Positions 13,101 through 24,800 of a DNA stretch of 64,000 bases are shown piece by piece. Below the pieces are notes generated by a model. It did not search any database. It was not told the DNA's origin and was given only the letters and a program-made list of their open reading frames with translations. A program made the position numbers and the translations under genes. Positions within the stretch are counted from its first letter, which is position 1, and every line of letters starts with the position of its first letter. Source of the stretch: Oculina patagonica (taxonomy: Eukaryota); assembly GCF_052425735.1 (NCBI RefSeq), contig NC_135761.1, positions 11,470,001 to 11,534,000 on the forward strand. Direction: 5' to 3'.

Positions 13101-16100
13101 TATGGACCTTGAAACAACAAGATGGATGAAAATCCACCAATCACAACCCACAGACATGAGGTTTTGAACCCATTGAACTGTTCTTAGACTGTTTACTGAG
13201 AGGTCCACTAAGGTGATTGACAGCAGCGAAAAATGAAACCATTGATTGAGTTTGATAAAGTGGCAGAGTTCACATCTAGTTGAATGGCACAGTAATCTTT
13301 AAACAAAAATCATAGCTCTGAGAACAAGCAATTTTACAGGTGTATGATGTGAATAATCTTTAGAACTACCTTAGTAGACACTCATCATAATAGGAGGGGA
13401 GCAATTTGGGATGGCGCAGTGGTGAGAGCGCTTGCCTCCCACCAATGTGGCCCGGGTTCGATTCCCGGACCTGGCGTCATATGTGGGCTGAGTTTGTTGT
13501 TGGTTCTCGTCCTTGCTCCGAGGAAAGTAATTTTTTTTTTTTTTGTTTTGTTTTACTCCGGGTTCTCCGGTTTTCCTCCCTCCACAAAAACCAACACCTC
13601 TAAATTCCAATTCGATCGGGAATCCGAGGGCCACAGATTTGTCAGTCGAAAGACTGTTATGTGCAACCCTCGTAATTAACAAAGTTGATTTATATTTATT
13701 TATCATGTTCCATTAAAAATACAGGAATCTATCATCAATTAGTATTTGCTGATAAACAATGGTCTCATGCACAATACTCTTGAAAGAGAAATTATTTTCG
13801 TGATTTTTGGCTTGTTAATACTTTAACAAATGCAGCTGTATATTAGCCACTTATTGTTTGCTTCATTCTATTAATTTGTAGTGATACATTACCACTTGTG
13901 GACATGTACGGTCTTGAAGGGCTGAGGGAAATCATAATCTGCACTTTAAAAATTGACAAGTGTCACATGTTTCATAAGGTGGGATATTACTTAATAAACT
14001 AAGTACATGTACTCAAAATATATGAAAGGATAGAGAGAGCTGTTGCAAGAGCAGACCGTAATGCTTTCGTACTTCTCTATTCATCCTGTAAGTACACACA
14101 TGAAGGTAACATCCCAAGTTTATAACTGGAAACTTTCGGTGATCACCAGTGTGGGGTGTCACCATTCTTACAGTCAAACTGGATGTTCTTTTGATGGGAA
14201 CTCTACAAAGTTGAGGTACAATGTTCCGATATTGATTGACAGTTTGCTTGTCATAACTTGCAACTTTCAGTTTAAATTTGTTTAGTTCAAGCAAGTTGTA
14301 AAGTTCCGGTTTTCATTTTGCCATATAAACTAGGTTATTAACCACCTTAACGGCTTTGTTTCAAAAAAAAAAAAGAAAACAATTGCCCCTTATTCAACTG
14401 TTCATCAACAGAGTGCGAGAAATAATCATCCAGTTTGACTGTAAAGATATAAAGCACTCCTGGATTATATCACAGATTCTTTGAAAATTAACCATAGAAA
14501 AAAAAAAATTCTTTTCCAGCCCTGCACAGAATGTTTAGTTGGTGTCCCTGAGTGTTTGGAAGTATCTGAGCTGTTCAGTCTTACTGACCTAAAGAAATCT
14601 TGCATCAAGTGAGTGGTTCTCTTATGCAAAAATAAATGTCTGCCGAGGTCTGGTTGTTCAAAGGGTAGTTAATATCTACCAGATAAAACACTTTCCAGTA
14701 GTTAATGTAGTTGGTTTTGAATTGAGATGATGTTTTTTAGTAAATGACACAGGCATACTCAAAAAAAAGAATTTTCAAGTGTTCCTAACAGTTCCAATAT
14801 GTGACCTTCAAATTAGTGCCTCAGATGCTCTACCACTTAGCTAAAGGAGAATTGTAGTGGCTTAACTTATCCAAATACACCTATCCAGTGGATTTTGATT
14901 CATTTGGTGGTTAGCCTGGTTAGCTCAGTTGGTAGAGCGCTGGACTGCTGTGGGGAGGTCGTGGGTTCGAACCCCAGACCGGACCAACACTCAGGGTCTT
15001 AAATAACTGAGGAGAATGTGCTGCCTTTGTAATCACTGCAAATGTTAGACATTCTAGTCCTCGGAAAAGGACGATAAACCGTAGGTCCTGTCTCCTGTAT
15101 CTTCAGTCTTATATATAATAGGGGACGTTAAAGAACCCACACACTATCGAAAAGAGTAGGGCACGAAGCTCCCGGTGTTGTGGTCTGTGTACAGCGCATT
15201 TGAACATATACACATGAAAAATGCGCTATATAAATTCATTATCATTATCATTAGCAATATCCACCCTTTGTTTAGTATAATAGGTAATCATACAGTTTCA
15301 AGTTCAATTTGGAATTAATTTGTATGAGTGAGTTTTTCAAAAAGCGGCGAGTGCAATTTCAGCTTTTTGAAAAACTCACAAGTGCAAATTAATTTCAAAT
15401 TGAAGAATATCGATGTGTAATTTGCACTGATGTTACACTTTTAGCTCTGGTGTTACAACTGAACTGTACTACTCGAGCAATTTTTCATGTATATTAATAT
15501 TATCTGTTTTATAGATATCAAATTGAAATTACAGTAACTGTATGTAATTTTTACAGATGGATGGCCAAACACTTTGATCGTTCTCTGAGCAGCAAAGGAT
15601 TTGCCAGCCTTCCTAAGCAGCTTCAGGAAGAAATTCTGGTGGAAATTCAGAGAAACTTTGTAAGTTATTCCGTGGGGCAAAACTTGATTTTATTGAAGCA
15701 GAGTGTTATTGCATATTGCAAAATTATTCTATTGCAGGGATGGTGCAAGTATGGTGCAGTGGTGAGAGTAATTACCTGGCGTAATCACCTTGATTCAGTT
15801 TGTTTTTGCAGGTTATAGCATCAGCTATAGAAGTCTTAAACCACTGTGACAAACTGTCCTCGTGTACACCGCTGGTCAAGTGGACTGAGCCTGTTCACGT
15901 GGCTGTCTCCACTGTTCAAGAAACATGTCTGCTGTTTGCTAGTGACCAGTTTTTCTCATTGGTTGATGAAAGGAGCTTTCATGAAATCCTGAAGGTAAGT
16001 TTGTGGTTTTTTACGATTGGTCATTTGTAAACATCACAGGTTTTCTTTCCATGTGTAAAATGTAATTTCCTCATTTAAATGTCAACAAAGCCATTTTTCA

Positions 16101-19100
16101 GACCTGACAGAACTTTGTTTGTGGAATCTTTTATATATAACTTTATTTTTGAGCTAGTAGATATCTAGTTTACAAGTCCTATATCACATCGTGGATATAA
16201 CTTTTTCTTAGCAAAAACATTTCTGGATGGCAAGCCGAGTACATGTACTTTTTAATATCAGCTACTGAGAAACTGATTGACTGACTGACTGACTGACTGA
16301 CTGACTTGCGGCTGACTGACTGACTGACTGACTGACTGACTGACTGACTGACGGTGATTGACTGATTGTCTGACTGACTTACTGACTAAATGACTGTCTG
16401 ATTGACTCACTGTCTGACCGAGTTACCCACTGACTGACTGACTGACTGACTGAGTGATGAGTACTTGTTGACTGACTGATGGATGGACAGACGGACGGAT
16501 GGACAGACTGACTGTCTGACTGAGAGATTGATTAAATAATACTGACAAACTGACTCTCTGTTTGACTGACTGATAGACTGTTAATTAATCAATAATTAAT
16601 TGCCTGAATACTTTGTATCGCTTGCTTTATACTCTGATCACTTTAACTATTGATAGCAAAATCAGTGAACAGTATTGAGTTTGCTACAGTACCATATTTC
16701 CTCTCTTTCCCTCAGTAGCTTAGTTGACGTATTTTAGTTGGTATTTATCTTAATTTTTTTTAGGGAGTGGGCTGGTCAGTGCCTGTCCTGGAGAAAATTC
16801 TTTCTGCGGTAAAAAGAAATTTTACCATTGAAAACTGCTGTGACCAGCTAAGGGCCATTCTCAAGTTAAAAAGGATCATTAATCTTAAGACCCAAGAGGA
16901 AGGCGAAGAGTGCTACCCAGAGGTAGGGAGTATTTTCTCAATGGCCCAATTTTTATTATTACAGACAACTGAATTATTTGTTCGTATAGTGTGATTGTCC
17001 GGGGGGGGGGGGGGGGTACAATTTTAGAGATGCCTAGATGCAATTTGGAATGGCGGCATAAGTCCTTTTCTTTCATCGCCACCAGGATCTGGAACTCAAT
17101 ACCGCCATTTGTAAGGGACGCTAACGATCATTTAACTTTTAAACGATTACTAGGTAAATATTTTAGGTTTTAATGTTTTTAATGGTTTTAATATTTTTAA
17201 CTCTTTTAGGTGCCTATTATTATATTATACATTTATTATATTATTATACATATTTATTATATTATACATATTTACATATTTACATAGATAATTATATAAT
17301 TTTTTTTTCCTTTTATACAATTTTGCGTTCGCGCACACATTTTAACGAGCGCTTGCGCTCCTAGGTGTCGCGTGGGTAAATAAAGTATTGTGTATTGTTG
17401 TTGTTGTTTAGAGTGGCACTGAAAACAGAAGTCTTTTTGAGAGTCAAGTGAAAAGTTGCTTGTCAGTTGATAATGTTATAAGTAATATGTCAAACATAAG
17501 AGGCAGTGTTTCATCGGGATATCCAAACACCGAGAGGAGAGTTGAAAATGCAATGCGCAATTTTTGACGAAATTTGAGGTGTTTGATTAAAAAGAGAAAG
17601 AAAATCGAAAATATCTATGCTAATAGAGACCGGGTATCCAAACGTGCTTTACGGTTACTATTTTCTTTGTTTAATCTTGATGAATGTTTAATGAGTTTGA
17701 GAAGCCTGGTCAAACAACCGTTAGTTCTTTTCTGAACGACCCTTACCCGAACGATTGCACTATACAAGCTACTGATACTCTTGGGCTTAAACCATTTACT
17801 GTACTTTGACTTGATTATTCTCAGGCGGCTAATTCATCGCCAGTTTAGTTCAGTACATGAACTCGGTAACAAAGTTGTACAAAAGAAGTATTTTTTCAAA
17901 TATGGTGTTCGTCTCTCAACAAAAAAGTTAAACAAAACAAACAAAAAATATCAAAAGTTGACATCTGTTTAGGGTAAATTTTTCAGTCCACAAGCTCACT
18001 GTATTTGCCTTATGTTTTGTTTTGTTTCTCTCTCAGGAGGTAGTTGATCTCGTGGTCAATTTACACAATGACTGTGTCAAGTTCATAAGATCGAACCTTT
18101 TTAAAGTTACTCGCTCAGAGGGATGGAAACGATTAAAGATTGTCACTCAACGGGAAGTAAAGGAAGGTAATGTCTGGTATAAACTACAGTAACTTGACAC
18201 ATTACAAGAAATTCACCAAACATGTAAGGGTGAAAATGCATATGAAAGGTAGCCTCCAATGCACTTGCCACGTGTTCCTCCCAAGGAAGATCACGTGACG
18301 AGCCCAAAAAAGCGTCTGCATAAGAGGCTATGTGCTAGGTGCATGGTGTGGGACATCCGAATGGTAAATATAAAGCTTGTAAAAATATAGTCCATCCAGT
18401 TTTGAAACGCAAAGTACTCTTACAGAAAACAAGCCCCCAAACCGTAAATGATATTCTTTATATGAGTATCACAGGCTCACCGATGTCTAAACGTTCTTAA
18501 ATTCAAGGTTTTTTGCCTAAAATGCTCCCGCGATCTTTTTCGAAGTTTTTTGGCAATCCTAGCTGGAATCTCTTCAGCTATTGCTGAAAACTGCTAGCTC
18601 AAAGTTTACAAAAAAGAGTTTTGCTGCGTAGCACTCAATAGTTACAATAAGTGTTCTTGGAGTGTTCTTGGAGTGCAAAGAGAGTTTTTTTAAAACACAG
18701 ACGTTTCGGGGAAACCCCTTCATCAGTGTAAATATGATGTCTAAAAGGAACGTTTGGGCTTACGTTACGTGCGCGTCGCTTAAAAATAAACAGAGCGCGA
18801 GATTGAGCGCGCTTAGCGCACGTTGACAAAATTTAAGGTCATTGCCCTATATCATTGCGCCCTACTGCGAGAATTTTACGGGTATTTGGCGCGCGCGCGC
18901 GAACATCAACAAATGGCGGCTTTCATGTGGAGTCCGCGAGAGAAAATTGTCACTTTCTCCCAAACGAGCCGGACCATCATCATATTTTTGTGAGGATATC
19001 CATGAAACAGATCATGTGAAAAATATATCGCTAAAAGGGACGCAACGAGGAAAAAGGGAACGTCTTCCCGTGTGACCCATATTAGTTCCCAAGTACGGAG

Positions 19101-21085
19101 GTAATTTGTCAGTTCTATTTCAGGGAATGACCTTAAATGAACGTCAGAATATTTTTGTCTGAGATTTCACATTTTAATTCTCAGACAAAAATAGTCTGAC
19201 GTTCATTTAAATTTTGTAAACGTGCGCTGAGCGCGCGCGCAATTTCGCGCTCTGTTTATTTTTAAACGACGCGCACGCAAGACATTTAACGTAAGCCCAA
19301 GCGTTCCTTTATTAGACATCATATATATGTACACTGATGAAGCGTTTTCCCCGAAACGTCTTTTTTTTAAAAAAAAAAAACTCTCTATGAACTCCAAGAA
19401 CACTTATTGTAGCTCAAAGTTTAACTGATTGTTAATGGTTCAAGCTATTTTGTGTTAATCCAATAGGTGCCGTGTTTAGTGGCCTCGGGGATTCAAGAGA
19501 TCGTTGTAGCGGAAAAAGAAGCGCACCACCTTCAGCGCAGGTAAGTTTAATTTAAGTGTCGTTGAAGACTGGAGAAGAAACAAAATAAATGACTACTGAA
19601 AATAACATTCGAAAGTTATATGCTGCAGTTTGAGTTGCTCGGCTCTTTTCAGTGGGTTTTAACGTGCACAGTTCTCCAACCATTCAAAGCGAAGCTGTTG
19701 TCTTGTTAGCCAATCAAATGAGAAAACCAACCAACACGTGATTTGGATTACGCAACTTTTCCCGCGCCAGCAATCTGTCACGTGCTTTTTCTTCGCATTT
19801 TTGATTGGTTAATTACGCCGTTTGTGGTCATGGAAGTTGGCTTTGTTATTGCTTCGCATTTATTTTTTAGGATTTTTATTTCAAAACTGCTGTATAACCA
19901 AAATGTATTTTTTCTTTTATTTTTTTTTTTTCGTGAAAGGCTTCTAGCAGGCCACCAACCAGAAGTGCTTTGCAACGTGTTGGAACTGAGTCTCGCGCTA
20001 GAGGACTGGGGAGAGGAAACGCCGCAGCTGGCGGACATCTTAACAGAAGCTCCCAGCAAGAAAGGCCTTCCTCGGCTAGGAGCTACCCGGGTAGGACTGG
20101 TCCTGTGCCTTCAAGTACGCGGCCCACCTCAGGACGGCCCTCATCTGCCCAGAGCGGTGTAATGTCGGGCCGTGGAAAAACGCCTTCAGCTTCAAAGAGC
20201 GCCGCTTCTGAAAAGAGACCTTTGTCAACCCGGGCGCCTGTAGTTCCAGGTAGTTCAAGATTGTCTTCTTCATTTTCGAGAGACTCAGCCAAAATGTCAT
20301 CTGCTCAGAGTTCTTCCGCGTTAGGACGTGGGAAAACATTGTCATCAAATGCACCTTCTGCTCAAAGATCTGGTCAGAATACAAGAAACATTCCTCCGGC
20401 GGCATCTAACAATAAACGAAGCTCTTTAGCAGCTCAAGAAAACACTACTGGGAGGCCTTTATCTGCTGCCAGCTCTTCTGGTGCTATAAAAAAGGCCCCA
20501 GCAGCTTCCAGGCCTCCTCTACCGACTGGTAATGGCAACAGTAACTTGTCAAATAGATTCACAAAAGAAAAGCCCCTTTCTGTTGTGGGTTCTCGCGTAC
20601 CATCGAAAAAAGCACCTACCGGTTCTAAAGCCGTGCCTGTCACAAACTCGCGGCAATGTCCTACTAAAGAATCCAAGGCAGCTACGGCTTTATGTAAGCC
20701 AAACAAGGCGTCTTCGTCAACAGATAGCAAAGGAACGGGCGCGAGAAAGGAACTCTTTAAAAACACAGCTAAAGAATTAGATGCCAGTTCTGGACTTGAA
20801 AGTAAATTGGTTACCAGCTTGATAGAAGAAAGTCAGTCAAGTGAAAATGATAGCAGTAGAGTTAGAGTAACAGATGAAACCTTGGACAGCGAAAATGAGA
20901 ATAATTCACAAGCTGGTGCACAGGCCAACAGCCTTGACCGCGAGGAGGCTGCTCCTGTATCCACAAGCACAGAAAACTTGCAGGAAGTTTCATTACTATT
21001 AAGTGAAGTGGTTGACGAGGTCTGTTCCAAATCACAGTGTGATGATTGTCCGGATAACGCCAAGTTCAATGATTCACTAGACTAA
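7157..21085 (+). CDS. BTBD8: BTBD8-like protein (two BTB domains, BACK-like helical region, long S/P/K/R-rich C-terminal tail), ~1134 aa
   Basis: Exons 7157-7266, 7781-7978, 9224-9993, 11544-11611, 11846-11949, 12237-12326, 12862-12945, 13882-13978, 14520-14608, 15557-15659, 15812-15994, 16764-16922, 18037-18166, 19467-19540, 19940-21085; GT-AG with consistent phases (exon 4 donor uncertain). Motifs SDVSF..FQAHTVVLRARAP, LGQDLMQLF..KAHKAILCARSNYFSAML.GDW.E, DMYGLEGLRE..CHMFHKP and CIKWMAKHF..FASLP resemble vertebrate BTBD8 as I recall it. Confidence 0.85.
8125..8291. mobile_element. hAT-like MITE (CAGGGCTGTCAT TIR), copy 1
   Basis: CAGGGCTGTCATAA...TAATAACAGCCCTG; homologous to 11987-12166 in the opposite orientation. 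No clear TSD. Confidence 0.7.
8297..8708. mobile_element. MITE with 15-bp TIR and 5-bp direct flanks; anomalous GA-rich interior
   Basis: TIR CAGTGCTCGACACTA / TAGTGTCGAGCACTG; ATATG on both sides (8292-8296, 8709-8713). Confidence 0.75.
8766..9076. mobile_element. MITE with CCCAG(G)n TACT termini and 8-bp TSD
   Basis: CCCAGGGGGGGGTACTTGCAGTATACATGACGGGG / CCCCGTCATGTATACTACAAGTACCCCCCCCCCCCTGGG; TSD CTTTGTGG (8758-8765, 9077-9084). Confidence 0.9.
10013..10422. mobile_element. Degenerate TA-flanked MITE with homopolymer-rich interior
   Basis: Left ATTGTTAGCGGCTACTAATTTTAGCG and right TTGCTAAAATTAATAGCCCCTAACAAT are inverted repeats. Confidence 0.6.
10742..11236. mobile_element. TA-flanked MITE (AAATTTCGCG repeats) nested in an older repeat
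   Basis: TA|CCTAGTTATTGTTACTT ... AAGTAACAATAAGG|TA; the flanks rejoin into a repeat homologous to 41855-42100. Confidence 0.75.
11987..12166. mobile_element. hAT-like MITE (CAGGGCTGTCAT TIR), copy 2
   Basis: CAGGGCTGTCATTA...TAATGACATCCCTA; inverted homolog of 8125-8291. Confidence 0.7.
12557..12785 (+). mobile_element. CORE/MIR-like tRNA SINE, degenerate
   Basis: tggcctaatgg..gctggactcc head; gcacaagacactc..cacccaggtgtatatgggtaccggcaaa core shared with 30945-31233. Confidence 0.7.
13396..13703 (+). mobile_element. Full-length tRNA-derived SINE
   Basis: A box TGGCGCAGTGG, B box GGTTCGATTCC, body tactccgggttctccggttttcctccctccacaaaaaccaacac, (TTTA)n tail. Confidence 0.85.
14914..15253 (+). 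mobile_element. tRNA-derived SINE with V-SINE-like core and LINE-like 3' tail
   Basis: TAGCTCAGTTGG and GGTTCGAACCC boxes; core aggacgataaaccgtaggtcc...ttaaagaacccac..gaaaagagtaggg; tail agcgcatttga..aatgcgctatataaat(CATTAT)n. Confidence 0.75.
16272..16580. repeat. (GACT)n microsatellite with (GACG/GATG) variants
   Basis: Long imperfect GACT tandem array read directly. Confidence 0.95.
17020..17408 (+). mobile_element. 5'-truncated CR1/L2-type LINE 3' end
   Basis: Encodes ..KSFSFIATRIWNSIPPFVRDANDHLTFKRLLGKYF*, a typical CR1/L2 ORF2 C-terminus, followed by a 3' hairpin, AATAAA and a (TTG)n tail. Confidence 0.7.
18695..18730 (-). ncRNA. Minimal type I hammerhead ribozyme (intact)
   Basis: Minus strand reads UACA CUGAUGA A GGGG UUU CCCC GAAAC GUC UGUG: core, stem II, ACGU-type stem III and stem I all present. 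Confidence 0.75.
18837..19132. mobile_element. Kolobok-like MITE nested in the palindrome
   Basis: TTAA|GGTCATTGCC ... GGGAATGACC|TTAA. Confidence 0.8.
19331..19365 (+). ncRNA. Hammerhead ribozyme copy, disrupted
   Basis: ACA CUGAUGA AGCG UUUU CCCC GAAAC GUC UUUUU: core intact, but stem II and stem I are mismatched relative to the minus-strand copy. Confidence 0.6.
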
Positions 21086-21879
21086 TGTGTGCTCGCTAGA
21101 AAATTAGTTGTCAATGAAAATTAAAATTTAAACTCAGTTGTATATGTCGTGTATTTTCAAGTTCAGACCCTTCACTAGATCTCCATTGTCTCCCGACTTC
21201 CTTGTCGGATTCCGATTGTTTACGATTCTTTTCCGAATTATACGTAACCAATCGGCCACAGTGCAGTGTCCTTAGGAGAAGCAACAAAAAAAGAAAAAAC
21301 TGATAGCCAAACTGGCTAAAAACTGGTAGCCAAAAGAGTAAACAGACGATGTTTTTATGTCACCACTTATGGAACTAGTAGTAATGTTTCAAAACGTCTA
21401 CTGTTTCTTCGGCCTTGGTTACCCGCCTTTTCTCTTATGTCTTGCGCTTCGCGCTTTATGACCTGTAAGAAAGAGGTTGGACGGCTCATATGGAAGGAAA
21501 AATTGTGCTGTTAGCTGTACAAGGAGAAATATTGTGGATGGTTCATATCTATTTATCGTGATAAATAAGAAAGCAAATGAGTTTTTTCTTTTATTAGTTG
21601 AACTTTCTCCTGATTTCTCTTTGTGCCATATTGTTTATCACGATCACAATAAACACTGAGTTTTAAAAATACCAGAGCTGCCCTAGTCTTTTCATAGCGA
21701 TAATAATTCGATTGTGCGTTTTACCAGCTTAACGATAACGAAACGCTAACTTAACTTTGTTTACGAAAAAAGAAAAATAATCATTCAGTCTACGAACGAA
21801 CATGCGCATTAAGTACCACAGCATAAAGGAACGGTTCAATTCAAGATTACTTTCAAAGCCAGATACAGCGCTACACCCA

Positions 21880-24800
21880 TCAGCATATAATGCACATATG
21901 GCCGCGGCTGCCCCTGCTTTTGGGTTTTTGTTCGTTCGTAGACTGGAAGGATAAAAAACAGCATCGTACACCAGTTGTGGGACGCGGAAGTGAAGGCATG
22001 CGCTGCCATACACGAGTTGCCACGTCGAAGCACTCAACGGAATTCAAACTGATCCCGTCCCATCCCCCGACGAGGTAGATTTTGTTGTTGAATACGCACG
22101 AGCCCGCGTTGGATCTGGGCGTGCCCATGGGAGCGACCTGCGTCCACTCAAGCGTCGTAAAGTTGTAGCACTCTACGGATCTGAGAGTGTCGTTTCCATC
22201 GTAGCCGCCCAGAACGTACATTTCGTCTTCTGTAACAACTGCGCTTGGAAATGAGCGTCTGTCACGCATGGGTTGGACCTCTGTTGAACTCCACGTGTCC
22301 CTGTTGAAATGAAAGTAAAGGCTGTGACGATTGAAACAAAAAAAATTGCGGGAGCAATTATAAATTTCAGATTTTGGAAATGTTTCCCCGTTTGCCTGCT
22401 GTACACAACTTTTATTGCGAACGCAAAGTCTGCTTCTGAGAAGCAAAGAAAGGGTCAGTTGATTTTTTTTTTCAGAAACACTTCCGCAACAAGTTTCACT
22501 GAAAATAATGTTGACCAGATTCCAGGCTCGCGCGGGGCTTCACATTCCCTTCTTGTGCATTGCGCATCCTTTACGGCACTATTTCCCGTGTGAAATTTTC
22601 TTAGCTTGCCTCAGCAAAAAGCAAACAGTTGGTATTTTCCTGGATGTAGGGCTAATGCTCGACATCTAAGCTGCACAAATTAAAAATTTCGATTACTATG
22701 GCCATCAAATTAGAGCGTTCACTTGCCTACTGTGGCGTTACAACAAAGCGACATTTGGCTAAAAAAATGTAGTGTTATGTGCTTTAAAAAGAGGCGAGAA
22801 AGAACACTCCTCGAAACGTCTTTTCGACGCCTTTCCAAGACGACGCGCTTGACATTTTGCTCCTTTTTATAATGTGCCAAGCGCCGAAGAGAGTTCCCCC
22901 CCCCCGCCCTTTCCTTAACAAATGAGTGTGAACGACGCTACTTCTTCAACAAATCACAAGCAAGAACAACTAGCTCGAAATTAGGTTACCGTATGCGCGA
23001 TTTCCCGCGCTTGAAAGTTTTATGTTTTATTTGCAGCGAGCTCTGATTGGCTCATTGCATCAGTCTTGTTAGCTGTGATTGGTCAGATGTCAGTACTTCA
23101 ATTATGATGTTACTACAATCATCTCAAAACCGCCCTAAACAGATCGTATTACCTTGTGGTATCATAACACTCCACTGTGTTCAGAATACTCGATCCATCA
23201 TGGCCGCCAATGACGTAAATGGACTTCCCATGAGCCACTGCGCAGATGCACCTTCTTCTGGTCGGCATTGGAGCCTTCGCACGCCATCTTCAAGAAAGTT
23301 AACTAAATCAATTATCGATACATTTCTTGGTATCTTAAGTTCGGGCCAAACGAGGATGAGAGTTGATGAGAGTTGACTCTCGTGAGAATTTTCATCAACT
23401 CTCATTGACTATCATCAACTCGGGCCAAACGAGAACGGAGTCCGTCAAACTCTCACTGACTCTAATGAAAAATTTGAGCAGTTCAAAGGATCGATGAGTG
23501 CGCACGAGAGTTCCATGCCAAACGAGAACGAGAGTTTAGAACTCTCATCAACTCTCATCTTCGTTTGGCCCGGGCTTAAGACATAATTTGGCTTTGCCTA
23601 AAAAGCCTATCCAATCGAGCAGATCTTTCAAACATTTTTATGTTCTCACGTGTAGTCACTATGTGTAGTCTGACTAAAGTTATTTCTTTTTTGGGGGGGG
23701 GGGGGCTATGTGCGCATGCGTAGCGTAGCCATTATGCAGGAGAAACTGTAAGGCTTTAGTTTTTCAAAATAGGGGGAAATTTTAAGAAAAATGTAATTTT
23801 AATTTTGGGAGAGTGTCTCAACAATTTTGCTTGTTGTTGTAGTTGCAGTATAGAAGACGCATTCACGCCACTGTTAGTTCATTTAATTACTGTTTAATTA
23901 GAGATCCCACAGATTTCTTTTGTTTCCTTTGACCTATTTTTCAATTACCTGCCAGATTGAAAGCCAAAGCATTCCAGGGTATTCAGCGTGTTTTGTCCGT
24001 CATAGCCACCGACAATATAAACATGACCATCTACCTCGACGGATCCATGTTTGCTTCTCCGTGACAGCATATTAGGCAGGTTATGCCACTCCTTCTGTCG
24101 TACATCATAGCGCTGAGCTGGGAACAAACATAAGAGCAAACGCAACATTTTTTTAACGTCAATTAAAAAACTAAAAACTGCTAGTTACTGTTAAGGCTAC
24201 ATGATAATCATATGCCCAAGAAGCTGAACGAGCCAGTTCTTGAGTATTATCAAGATAAACTTGTCGCGGTCCATTTGGCGAATCTATAAATTGATTGGTT
24301 GAGCTATCGGTGACTATCAATCGCGCTTTCTTATATTCAAAGTATCTTCAAGATTCAAAAAGAAAAATCAAAGTCAAATAAAATAGTTTTGTGTGATAAA
24401 CTATAAGAAACGTCAGCTAACTCAATTGACAACTCGCTTCCGCTTACCGATGCAAGCGTATCAACGTTGGTAACATTTTTCCAACTAAAGAAAACCTCTA
24501 TTACACTTTTGCTCCAAAGCTGCTTTTCATGCATTCAAATAGGTTCATATTTAAAGGCCTGGAAAAACGGAGGTGTTATTACTGTCACAAGTATTCGCAA
24601 GTTGAACTAGCGTAGACCTGCGTTGGGTTGCTAAACGCACACGCAAGTTTACTTGCAACTAAAGTACACGTAAGTTAGCAAAAAAGAAGCCATTTCAAGG
24701 CTACTGCGAGCGCCGCAATTCAGTACTTGAAGTAAACAACAAGTACTTATGTTGACTTGCTTTAGGAGGCCTAATGGTAAAAAAAACCTTGCTTCCACAT

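Larger units (their letters stand above)
18609..19409. mobile_element. Palindromic Penelope-like (pLTR-derived) element with two hammerhead motifs
   Basis: Arms ~18643-18836 and ~19205-19410 are inverted repeats, with a central hairpin at 19134-19207; 14-bp direct repeat TAGCTCAAAGTTTA at 18595-18608 and 19410-19423. Confidence 0.75.

Noticed and set aside
14914-14985. tRNA gene candidates (also 13400-13470 and 44420-44480)
   Set aside because: A and B boxes are present, but there is no complete cloverleaf and they continue into SINE bodies.
15738-15767. Possible 30-nt in-frame micro-exon in BTBD8
   Set aside because: Resembles a SINE 5' fragment and would leave a 44-nt intron.
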